A stretch of 64,000 nucleotides of DNA from a virus (Duplodnaviria; Caudoviricetes), in IMG/VR virus record IMGVR_UViG_3300005077_000001, positions 64,001-128,000 of that record, one strand, 5' to 3'. The translations under genes and the position numbers were made by a program. Shown here one piece after another: positions 62,001-64,000 of this stretch (positions within the stretch are counted from its first letter, which is position 1; the number at the start of each line of letters is the position of its first letter). The notes under the pieces were generated by a model that ran no database searches, had not been told where the DNA came from, and worked only from the letters and a program-made list of their open reading frames with translations.

Positions 62001-64000
62001 TAGTTATAAAACATATATGACAACCAAAAAGAATATTGCAGATGTAGAATCCCTAATGCCGCTTATAGAGGATGTTAAGAAAACTGGTGCTGACTCATCT
62101 TTACGCTTAAAGGAAACTTTAGTTAAGACTTCCCCAGAAGCAAAGAAGTTAATTGAATCTAACCAACTATGGGATATGACTCCTGAACAGGCACTAAATC
62201 ACTTAAAGAAAAAATTACAGATAAATCAAAAAGAGTTAGCTAAACAGCAATATCAAGGTCAGCCAGTGTCTGATATAGGGGAAAAATTAGATAAATATGA
62301 AAAATTAGCGGGATACAAAAATATCAGGCAGGCTAGGATAGAGCAATTAGAGGAAGACATCAGCAAAAAGCAAGAAGAAGTGGATATTGTTAATTTACTT
62401 AGTAGCTCTGATTTATCTAAGATAGACCAAGGTGTAATAGACTACATAAATGCTAAAATTAAAACATATGCTGACCAAGCAGAACGTGCAAGTAAAGATG
62501 AAACCATGTTTCATGCAGATGGGAATAATTTAATTAAAGAATCAATGTCTAAAGTGATGCAAGTTCTAGGTAAATCAATAAAAGCTAGATTATTTGCTCT
62601 ATCAGATCAACTTAATTATGAATTTGATAAAATAAAATTTACTCCTGCTTTAGAATTAGGGGCGATGAGATCTCCTCTTACGGGAATAACTGCAGGTCTT
62701 CCCCTGATAAATCAACCAGATATTGGTAGAACCTGGAGAGAAGCTTCTTCTGCAGAAAGAGTTCTTTATTCTAATCCTGGTTTGTCAATGGCTAGACAAG
62801 AATTAGAAAGAATGACTCAAGCAAATATTTCACGAGTAGAGGGGTATATGAGAGATAGATCTGAGGCACAAGCTCAAAATGAGCGTATTAAAGAGCAGGT
62901 CGAGACTTTTAGTAAATCTGGAAGATTAACTCCTCAAGCAGAAGAAATGTATAAAGCAAGTATAGAAAAAAATAACGAATATATTAAAGAATTAAATAAA
63001 AAAATAGAAGATTTAACGGAATCTATTGATAAAAGTAGGAATAGTGAAATAGCTTCAGACTATAGAAGAAGTATGTGGATTGATGCTATACGAAAGCAAT
63101 TAGAAGACTTGGGAGTTAGATTTAAGGAATCCATTATTAATTTTGGGTCTGACTTGAAGAGTGCAATAAGAAAGTCTCCCGTTATGGGGCCAATGGCAGG
63201 AGTAGCTTATATTGGAGAACCTCCAAAGTCTCCTAGTATATGGGAATTATCTGCTGGCCAATTAACATCAATACAGTATCCTGGTATATACCAGCAGGGT
63301 ATGGCAGCACAAAGACAAAAAGAAGCAATAGATGTTTATATGAAAGGTATAGAAACAGCTATTTCGCAAAGACAATCCGAGTTAGAAATGGCTAAAACTC
63401 CTCAAGATGTAGAAAAAGCAAAAACAGAATTAAAAGAACTCATGGCAAAATACGATGAGGTGGAAGCAAAGTATGGTTCTCAAATTGATAGCCTAAATTC
63501 AACGATAGCAGAATTAGAGAGGTTTAATATTGCTTCAGAAGGAACTAAAACAGCATTAGAAGCAATGTACACTTATCTAAGAGCTATCGCTGATATTAAA
63601 GCGAGACGGGATTTGGGATATCTTACCTCTCCGTTCTCTGGAGCGATGAGAGGAGTCCCTGAGGCAAATTTTGAAATTGGGAAGAATGAATGGGAATTAA
63701 CAGGTAGAGAGGTTGTAGCAAAATATTCTCCTAATTTAGCCCAAGGAACAGCTGATTGGCAATCCTCTTATAAAGCTTTGGCACAAGAAGCAACGAAAGT
63801 GGGATCTGCTAGGAATTTAGCACTTCTTGAAGCTCGTTTTTCTGGAGATCCTAAAAAGCAAGAAGCTTATTTAGCAAAAGCTACGTCATTAGATGCGGCA
63901 TACCAGAAAATGACTAAAAGCCTAGAAGAGCAAAGACCTAAGATAGAGGCTCTAAGTGAAAGATTAAAAGGTCTTTCAGCGGCTGGAGAAGTAGCCACAA
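38050..64000 (+). CDS. Giant polyvalent tape-measure protein, at least 8650 aa, 3'-truncated by the window
   Basis: ATG 38050 (MAEDYTFNIKINI...); frame 1 had no stop in the segments translated and the last codons read RLKGLSAAGEVAT. The ORF track lists no + strand ORF after 38050, as expected for one unterminated ORF. Confidence 0.9.
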   Translation, partial: MAEDYTFNIKINITPEINQSELAKLSSLDKHQKVSTTDMMALRRTISADKPITKQTEDKLFDHMSKLEQRIEQLKQTNVQSYAPVSNISIRNSMESIEKTIDKANRLNEKLLNSQKELGQQFHSSKQMSEELRRSLEQQRQKFVDYVRLNESITKPTQLTTFAGERIQLKPERPLKPMVAPDMFSKEIEKQFQNLLTTAKQDLAKEILKFKYAFNDRLGDITSSLQEVGYSSHMKALDQVNKVKDLLDQVTSSEDLKVVVDNFKSKSKQMQKDIVDMRYMIDKASTDFGTELGKEIDNIRKSFQNFYRDFVFTFGKPNFFEPAGPMFRDVASQSMRRGERSPIGGRYVGDPRIKFDQYGAAQYNITDVKALGQTLLDLLKPNYLAKAFDLKNVDKALQNQINDYFTKNNISKKLETLISYSIPDLKSIHQDIVDTISKHLEKTMDNGKINKMVDKYMQDVLSATEKSLKIPSIAKSPRGAGIIRDVERGEYLTMGQYLSVQPSINRLYDQYINPMFKMLSRTGIEQSKLPQDLKNLRKLVKDYWARSKSFEGTEGVGVGTELASAEIIDRVKGSFKMMEDYLKKEKGSKSIRYINEIEKLRNNFMEEYDKALRESIRTTMERVFKESLIRGDVKLPSNLEKKYRSELQQYIGKGVRTYLLPDDIQKVIKDHSKEIEKKVNAIGNINLETTLNKLSKEEERIFGKNDYSVRPKQRVMEEFGKYYPTDVYKLMMQVTRSMQGQLNELQKIRNSLSAAGSKGNDSYFRELLEQHFRRVFDPVKERIPEEHEAMQKHEVYGRYRTITLQPKLPSIAEGESSYGVPVDLQAERRFIVQRNLEMEELFEKEYIRGIKDLEKRLGPTIRMLSTIGLNEAAAAGKRVFGQDFGKEFLESFLKNRKVHPFSSYDPRETEAFGQSINPSRPTGAAWLSLAGPEFNAIRSARSHQMISRGEWGPYGTGLNVVTALKDVSQGYEDVFEIGKRLKEIATFKFKKMVVPNLKGNEDELVNSIKNYLETVGSDIFGKPIKIKELADEVFVKDIAKRWAKGKEGSIEENVLTLLESFVGHEARKLSTGQVLKGVGASIFSKYGDDLEQSIINKFVKGMKPRIKFGDVGILKGVPKSFEELFTEIINSSRLNLDPAKIDKAKELIKGTQNLPMLSSKHLSQFNVYPVEYGTGKIMGTQGSLSLEQRKKYLFDMLGIPMSDISTAKSISKQIELLGNDMQKVRDLYKSTVGGGLTKDVPIDLRIAASSIGKKSRLIGGNVAEVIANNIIGNIRSAPLQGETIVDQIIRQPLAKIITDTKATGEDARKLASLYKDVLGLRGKYGEEFLSESQGRVEKTMAGMMHMMIMKEPKQYIPKGAAEIEAGRSKLTIDPHAWVGLKKLFDEENSALLKEINLNSVPDARTAGALLSSFRSFSKKREAELMEELSKNKIGLLNRESLLNPNYTNYVSPLERGSLSADLGGTIFDPMHLPKPILLEMPKPNEELRKRIEKDIKRRIENREQALPLRDYIEIPEISGRQVLVNETGEVMPTSTSRYMSELIESTRKYHQLQDVSKDPKIMDIQRKALTDFISDSYNQIHAERNLDIKKKMIKHFEDQVLPVIGSLPMPLYSSESNLILGKEGPELPTIYSRVGADSKTKLEKEISKGITIQDAYNRYITKITEGSEASRLNYMARFLRNTIASPVIYSKSPQLIGQQVSREILPEGDKEFVTKTLLSDKNVQNLVTKFSALKPEYDKNKQLTGLYPQNIIDEQVLLARRNAYDFYRELTNSIFGKSGVISDTLLKKKVPGLYLTAQSRPYDPTDAMKSGVELLNKYSSEIENSDKLKEDLRQQLDAVQKFKKENPLAWIKRDEVRIGERDLRELQKAGQATPELQKQVKDVYAIIHRQPSTDEFSFKSMKLKIDDMQKDLSGVAVVPGLPLGDYDAMRAMENTYKALEGVRSKQTSQVEELYKLGKTETDPVVRRLRKSIEEIDKAVRDLIPIYHEQQQNLDFDGDMIALHAATLKNTNDELEKINIEQTLRTGDTRRFLYEDFSKVMAEKWSLGKKGDKPSDEELAVFKNFAPSLSSQWNSMDVTQQFTDKAKKDLLKFHGTDAPTVAEDALKHFVHKIDMGQVYEQFNRIGLSYRGLSAEEAGLTPKMSENYNLLLAEFLRYVVQKAIGGKHGSEGADLAPMVQKAFFTGNLDFLAGKGKNALFGEQEEALTKYRMKYLKPLSLAELQKEAESYGIDPGVKNREQLIKEIVKKTSFRSMFENVFDTIKRLTLANIRELYEKGAIGDISLSKKGRLGTAKYLSGQYNKSIDELYDTLKVSFKDGNLNITMGNKDITQDVINRVSKDIGVELSPKEAAFRLAAHGEGLYSAIVGEPGKTQKRILDYGPSTSQLSKGLQPLYVLKSSGGADLATNRYLKYKPGFTSEYMPGGPEAGYAEIVDSILRNRMGANIPIDDALGTFSKIGGSKNFVSPVIKIYDEFKDTYDKLMSVMTDDIYKIEGLTKQTKSFNREMDGFAGNMAKAGVKAFYNKEENQLYLSSQIKSDFDESLNKYALGKTDKEKAEARESLSKAAQEIKEVLSYAAAHKYIQASNSDLANSIRANITKYADPKSNQSLKVDTLIERLVSLHQYTPIIVKWLELIGKPELVSQPKITIARELSKHPQIRKEALEEEVASLLSGSGGFSTGIYPLFKYRKKINPFNELLFGLASKQPVQMQAFYPLTSESWSNKMSDMQYNLNSGEWYDIFKGHPSLRDIELPSGMTSYKDVFSFLRSMKKYGGSKGATHYLNSIIKDRNRSLLENMGIGIPEDWDKMRLWATEPLVQGGISEAATTTSWPFLPYPSNIKLPIDTPTGRARRSIESIYSKAFDLSRKDWTNVFKDFDKPLADEIQSLPKDTNVIEHLQDTGMYGQNKGYTRYINMIFKRRMEQLLKSLGEEVPEFYDMRFQKAKQEFLKVLENRAKQGKGFGWLWGPSTGGTWGGDKFGPEEAYGDNPPANIIKRWQMQSFSPADYPHIKPIFDYPKFLETDAALQYKSHGHQIKLSAVPLRWGNIEIGYGTKNKPLDPDKANAIYKPFIEQVNEELVPKLKDKVKEIHHRIDLFGEWGGKKDKLLWFDAKIGNKPLSVDQFKELASSLGLKTPDELYRGKVTKQIVEDVFREKPPFTELEEGVVAKALERKKGDWYDMAKFKTKPYLVNEENRYPWFDEKSAGENIERKMKKVLDYQLKAFSPLRKPKGTQLEEGMYPEEWPTIEVSKKRAEQYLKGLDDKFYRPAEEASMYKKGTEFLVKAAGLSDIPSVVKDAVVLSQEELKNSIFGKDMPKLPYDPVLVLNTRKQKPLYPEAVPISKEAGFMFPETSEPGQVGRFVLHKHDALRAGPHHDLRFEVGGQLQSFAIPQLVPTDKGKIRLAIGPTAHHSLDYYEKGDYEIPKGFYGAGRMRTMDVGTAVLESFKPDHITVKLTGVRGLADGTYSLVKFDPKGEKPKQQQWLFQKIRDIEERDPVRFAEIYTDKVEKEQDKTLNKLGDKYRDFLSPLTKYEEKTYSNYPTLELDSYFNAPGQMRGRYSKGKIRTGKPRNMEEMRALLATYDHEVGHAAIEKSYPDIAENIMSGKAVFPGVHMDKIRGYFAAKYGGDRGEGEDPAIKALEEAIAGTREEDQDILNELSKLRDESFGKAGMVPIDPNALQELKYIRRSFSPTQKQDFAITVDLNDDKGALSSLSSSLQSLVRRSISKAYGPYELHVDAASRGNPGPAGAGGIITSPRGGVVTSFSKPIGDMTNSMAEYVGLILGLQEAYQKGIRSLEVISDSQSMVNQLLGTYKTRSQNIIPLKARVDQISSKFGNVDFQWKPRTFLSDADKLANETLDSAHNKINPDDAVKRVKNLIDTKQIKTNDTLFKTAYSKDKYMDYLSKGFAVGMLANDDIYMPSGIVEKFKKDYSKNTPDLQSVSEAILRTYSHERTHKDINTAPSNIYRKYKSLAIDPRYSNAIESFIHEVIQGPSKDIYLRQFERAQIKSGERPGDYVSSPAARWEALQELIAGHPEMKSASAYNKDISLIRSSFYRDLSRESIQHYAPGRKAKEKPDFKSKDYIKMVGASAGGYEVGNILSSMLSLDDIKNLYSLMNELTGLDPLRVKGSDPEKSKSLRDKIEKLRSMTGSRGAMPGEEQAAKERIRVLEERLKELGGNENRLETLHGITSTALPFAGAAIGAGVQYATTGLFSEKGIPRSSWANLAAAGVGSVVGAGGLPLLLNKLPWAVPHLPWHLIGAGAGALGGYGLLQLYRKLSNKPTKQSYVPTSIGTPIEGKLGWSTDSGFFKVGAEGSIGLPPLLGMSGDEYLEKDINTLFNPEVRQSRFVGLPQRLVDRIDPRISGLLRSSLSSDQLFNIGANVGVGPISLGFESNLGSYNLGSLPYESRLKPRISLREKNLDEFSTDYLNRKPGIHPHYKQGISSALEMMSPMGSSDFLDIILSGTDMLDDLLLRMPKLKGPKVKQTNRIFNLTRDITPETPIKEQALSLKEVHDQLRKGWVAIKEGIDQFPGSTLTTPSFSVSSIKDFFSNQWKGLKNAINTFSSFTPTKNLRNEINSLRSGPIDNTILQKIIGLEEEVIGRRIGILKSISSYNPRRRAELENIFKYANTFKPGYQFDVQGPGGWEKIFFEEYLKRGGKETSEVHVAARELNKMGINNSQQLRALQNIVGPGKAYETIESVTPIPVGQRVANDAFSLIKTVPSSIKNAGTFMIDAFKDIGSFISTFVKGKDASGQVFNRSAYFSNVISELQDTPERYSTITGTLLKNPKADTVYSPKIMGHLVELAKSSVYRPLNALGMGLGKFIELDLDNNIEPGVKGLWKNYITNQSGADIKSGLNRLFGWKGGVVNTTTENLRNIKDSTIGAAKVFSKEYGPSRTWDLLKSFYTVPAYGVGEAMQGVGGAIKSGNILDIAKTVGYTGFQALPFLGHVVSGGFELRDQLRQGHRLIPSIIGTSAKESITYGTTGLGMTAGEAVMRALSNSMGPRGKALMSVVGLIGGGIAGGAFGGRIGGIAENLVFKLFGEKPDDHQKIQSWKDRKKQLEDEKNSLVAVTPDRSYAPVSSLERPWITPAEIRGSIAPNLVGKPLDAYIKSFKQLQAEASENIRTSDVNKSQKALIKTTSDFYLNRVIESRNELEAAENNQSPKYVVDQIKKQIDEYMIKYVSNVISASMTGEIHPLSDPYRVKKTGGFVGVDDAKAVALGRSPSFEKVVNPENFYVSGMSNLSKNIIGSMRDLSVSNISPNSVYKELINTLFTTSTDIPKDLSNIHAYLKMYTSELGKNPNIDVNRLRYWKSLEELFRTPAKSIRQYGRFDFQGFGSIESNAPVEELSPTQNRGSKFWRGMSIFGGALVGANALGMNPFVAPVGMVAGGIFGNYLYNRHLAKKQKQEEEVVDVQSNAPVSDTRSYLKLILGELAGASIGGVLAALASGGNPLFTSLGAGVGLYAGNKLTKKYVIPQEMDIQSAAPINMGGLPIDMQFKQNQLMLDYYKKMIASSSSIKEGTIIPIDLKVKDEAGQVLSNIRADLKKTSNSAEGVITTFTDLNKVLAQKNTLWGAIELTSQYVAAGAGVGAVIKEFTNMISTITSVDAAMYGLARLMDPAISNFDKLRSVAFEMSKQYGTSIVEVIESMKVYGQQGLKQAEIIDMTRASIMMANVSEMKATEVTELMTSATKQFGDQVRSTMAFVDAWVKVDTEHAITSQQLGQALLRVGAAAKTAGMSFHELNGVVTAIGSVTRQTGREIGTSLRFILRNIETSAVKNKLRDLFQIDTLLPSGAIKPAFALLGELQQKWGTITNAEQMNLAQMIAGARHYNAFTVLMNNFQEALEATSDSLNSKGDAEKRNYILMQSLEKKMQQLRGAASELYTEFGKLALGPMKFMADSTKALIEGFTSLPDSIKTSVMAIGAFTVYASKIERITSILGGIGEASGLSGIVNTFGQFSISPISSIIYSFDSLKGVNSLSQVNTTLGKMLFLIKSVADSFLHAGASAFSFVHTAARLTSLFSIGAFISSGFNPTALLPLLVTRGPVLGWGARRMSNLMNQGTEGILEKVSSPTGLLGIGLTYVLTRLAGLNTGMLSREGMGIGDTIKQLFIGPEAELNRYKEQTVQIGGASTRISYLSDVLKSYTALKGQYKSLSEIGVKLGTPEGITSEAERTLSSFGEETGFKPYMVRLYEFNKLQEEAKRKAGSLIPSLVSGFDLFGNSILQVNKNFRTNIESMDELLKKIQDFEKIHLAGLQIDKLFPEASFGQTFRNTLKGLVGTLPFMGETWAEKIFPATPYQKQQSILKDISRYQGMQNAALATGLPVPPFITDTLKNLNNKLKMVNSELDSELAKIKDTIADLNVKTPKEVLSVLSDTKFGKYLEVYGGRNMDVLNAVAGYRGISTRDLQKQLVQDTTKYEYMHIDKQPGIASILSFPAFYGFSRILSKVVEHFTSLSLASSNLGKALLLATSAAASYHFFGTPEHYSLMKSRPTVEDTLTPAINNVKNLLPYITAIGTYKALGAIGGGGGTIPQRIVGGLARLGVSYYMYGVGGRLAEGIPNLPTESDRVRGIKNEIAQRQAWELAMGKLGIAKEAIYGPPGTLGAMLPLNVIAAQNPLGRYAVRTTALNEEDRKLAEKRMFSGPGWNGGAYGVGAGWVGKVLEEELNKLSGVSEGDVVMMAELTDVAKKRENIVNNLLPLIYRRNKAGEVVPTVQAQREGEIQASEIQIKPEDLKFLYSRGPGAAVDMRTAYDQLRRTLIGGAGAGKYWTLSGAEKLQMGVDFIWQVHGYDKAITNLSKTSLVIHEIEKQLQAFSKEQIETARAQNDLNKVMDVIFEHRKLTFLVRMNQEWENLKNTIGEIDFKRQMSDVDEFATMLEKRAAIGLKSISAGLPPQVPMVASWSQLSPEEQKSVLSPEYTGTAKLAWEVQKYQTDTAAKLRATLRTEQTGVALYEQLKEDLGPNLNVALSGRTRRALQSDFGSKVSPDRVFSEIQRNLLSANLTEQMKVNQGAFNLSNQELVNTVATNMSQVREIQKRVAEGAKDPKILEMEADLRTRNAQMWVNELKNRQSVSPEDFSGVSKELLEGFIHEMETEAKKPLPFSWWRLLNPWASNEPAMQAQKAKDLLAARPESTFDKPIEMLGSIASLWVGEKVAGLMFKQTGPAGLEQLVKNMDKSKTWEREVMLTQSQFLRDIAENTGKLAGTPSQSYGPGTVPGRGSYSVLSSGLQLAGATAGGFLLYSLGQRLSQSTSTVGSAIGSLINLLFKTANATGTFGKWLGRLGPIMSGLATAYVAHQSGIGKVDSLIGGALNAGSAALGGIGLGLIHPALAIPGGVLGSMVGSGLSDLYYRIRGYDLNAIKGVEGQAASPGQELTNPYANMQSIQANVPDSMYSTLARIATTGLVAGAVKSNVFDVYSEYRKRGMEEEVGAFQLTAVAQLIGRDKNVNTKFKEFIESKDLKNKDELSNFIKQAEKEMGLGKEPANRENFQTDLQKFINNLVSQLKETPEFLNEFAESISFTMAKMNEFAEGLRSVSTTLGGLHAISRTVPYELEANAPRFGFLAGRGGPEISREKELWQLSPTDLFKLRDTQGLYTKYVTVQKQLSESGNSWVKAVEDYNKQQRDMAAPILGIRYELNKTKRNVDPKYREFIDDLAKFVENPDRNRAETIDFRKRAVELEEAGIKIKRYNLTWNKIMEGQSPRKQFEAYFSEESANTRIKQLQVESGTASNPEQAKEYAAAAERLRAEVETKKKEEGQSPLSLFRDVMVNLEKEGGLLNTIKNAKEQTLQITKAYIDLNTQIDSEILKTEHLNKLYTTRYELLQSIISLRPGGSIIEEIKRQGPLFGPLAGTTPWSQNVIPENLGKPFSYENYMSVLYPQLSEEMTSIQRRKDAISKAMQTAAQESEKAQTGETFYREALSAVTTGKGPMDILQLQPKGAMLKQAIFEDTKRMREELKESKETKKDYEKQMADLKIPAGFKESDSYKTYMTTKKNIADVESLMPLIEDVKKTGADSSLRLKETLVKTSPEAKKLIESNQLWDMTPEQALNHLKKKLQINQKELAKQQYQGQPVSDIGEKLDKYEKLAGYKNIRQARIEQLEEDISKKQEEVDIVNLLSSSDLSKIDQGVIDYINAKIKTYADQAERASKDETMFHADGNNLIKESMSKVMQVLGKSIKARLFALSDQLNYEFDKIKFTPALELGAMRSPLTGITAGLPLINQPDIGRTWREASSAERVLYSNPGLSMARQELERMTQANISRVEGYMRDRSEAQAQNERIKEQVETFSKSGRLTPQAEEMYKASIEKNNEYIKELNKKIEDLTESIDKSRNSEIASDYRRSMWIDAIRKQLEDLGVRFKESIINFGSDLKSAIRKSPVMGPMAGVAYIGEPPKSPSIWELSAGQLTSIQYPGIYQQGMAAQRQKEAIDVYMKGIETAISQRQSELEMAKTPQDVEKAKTELKELMAKYDEVEAKYGSQIDSLNSTIAELERFNIASEGTKTALEAMYTYLRAIADIKARRDLGYLTSPFSGAMRGVPEANFEIGKNEWELTGREVVAKYSPNLAQGTADWQSSYKALAQEATKVGSARNLALLEARFSGDPKKQEAYLAKATSLDAAYQKMTKSLEEQRPKIEALSERLKGLSAAGEVAT
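40381..44560 (+). other. Domain of giant ORF: single-chain two-barrel RNA polymerase (beta-like then beta-prime-like)
   Basis: In canonical order: HPFSSYDPRETEAFGQ, GLNVVTAL...GYEDVFEIG, RKLSTGQVLKGV, VPIDLRI, AGMMHMM, FGKSGVISDTLLKKKV, IHRQPST, NLDFDGDMIALH (44023-44043), VQKAIGGKHG. Confidence 0.9.
45589..46060 (+). other. Domain of giant ORF: inactive zincin-like domain
   Basis: AGVKAFYNKEENQLYLS, then LSYAAAHKYI (HExxH replaced by YAAAH) and ALEEEVA. Confidence 0.5.
47053..47610 (+). other. Domain of giant ORF: Rnl2-type RNA ligase adenylyltransferase
   Basis: Motif I YKSHGHQ (Lys at 47125), III LFGEWGG, IIIa WFDAKI, IV EEGVVAK, V AKFKTK. Confidence 0.85.
48076..48501 (+). other. Domain of giant ORF: LigD-type 3'-phosphoesterase (PE)
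   Basis: FVLHKHDALRAGPHHDLRFE...QSFAIP...RLAI...HHSLDY...IPKGFYGAG...QWLFQK matches the LigD PE consensus end to end. Confidence 0.92.
48661..48975 (+). other. Domain of giant ORF: zincin-like metallopeptidase
   Basis: MRGRYSKGKI strand, ATYDHEVGHAAIE (HExxH at 48787-48801), downstream ALEEAIA. Confidence 0.7.
49231..49614 (+). other. Domain of giant ORF: RNase HI (archaeal/actinobacterial-like subtype)
   Basis: LHVDAASRGNPGPAGAG, TNSMAEY, VISDSQ, SDADKLAN: all four acidic catalytic residues present. Confidence 0.93.
49741..50140 (+). other. Domain of giant ORF: second intact zincin-like metallopeptidase
   Basis: GFAVGMLANDDIYM, RTYSHERTHKDI (HExxH at 49888-49902), downstream ALQELIA. Confidence 0.65.
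54751..55750 (+). other. Domain of giant ORF: TP901-family tape-measure core
   Basis: LRSVAFEMSKQYGTSIVEVIESMKVYGQQG...AITSQQLGQALLRVGAAAKTAGMSFHELNGVVTAIGSVTRQTGREIGTSLRFI. Confidence 0.9.

Noticed and set aside
38051-64000. Many short reverse-strand ORFs in the track (39336-61385)
   Set aside because: They are antisense shadows of the giant + strand ORF, with no RBS or recognisable domains. The same applies to the reverse and nested ORFs elsewhere in the window.
1-64000. Alternative genetic code (TAG or TGA recoding) to explain broken genes
   Set aside because: TAG and TGA end genes at tight junctions (22584, 27296, 29132, 30060), coding density is high under code 11, and the lesions are a TAA and indels.
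1-64000. tRNA, rRNA or CRISPR arrays
   Set aside because: Intergenic gaps are short and AT-rich; no cloverleaf or regularly spaced repeats were noticed by eye. A tRNAscan or CRISPR search was not run.

Overview
Late (virion morphogenesis and lysis) region of a large, AT-rich tailed dsDNA phage, probably siphovirus-like (tail tube and TP901-type tape measure, no sheath seen). Probable spanins suggest a diderm host. All supported genes are on the + strand. Order: 5'-truncated portal, probable prohead protease, an about 19-kb block of repeat-rich fibre/decoration genes (LamG, F5/8, CBM-like and a PAP-like metallophosphoesterase), scaffold, cement, major capsid, lysis cassette (SLT, holin, spanins), a complete two-component system, neck genes, major tail protein and chaperones. 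Four free-standing LAGLIDADG endonucleases are interspersed. The main result is absent from the ORF track: one open frame from 38050 runs off the window end (at least 8650 codons). By manual translation it joins a single-chain beta/beta-prime-like two-barrel RNA polymerase (NLDFDGD), an Rnl2-type ligase, a LigD 3'-phosphoesterase, an RNase HI, three zincin domains, glycine-zipper membrane segments and an internal TP901-family tape-measure domain. This suggests a virion-delivered transcription and nucleic-acid end-repair polyprotein. A recurrent intergenic motif TTAACTA(A/C)-N14/15-TAG(A/G) is a candidate late promoter. Three reading-frame lesions occur in the decoration block. All domain calls are by-eye motif matching; no searches were run.
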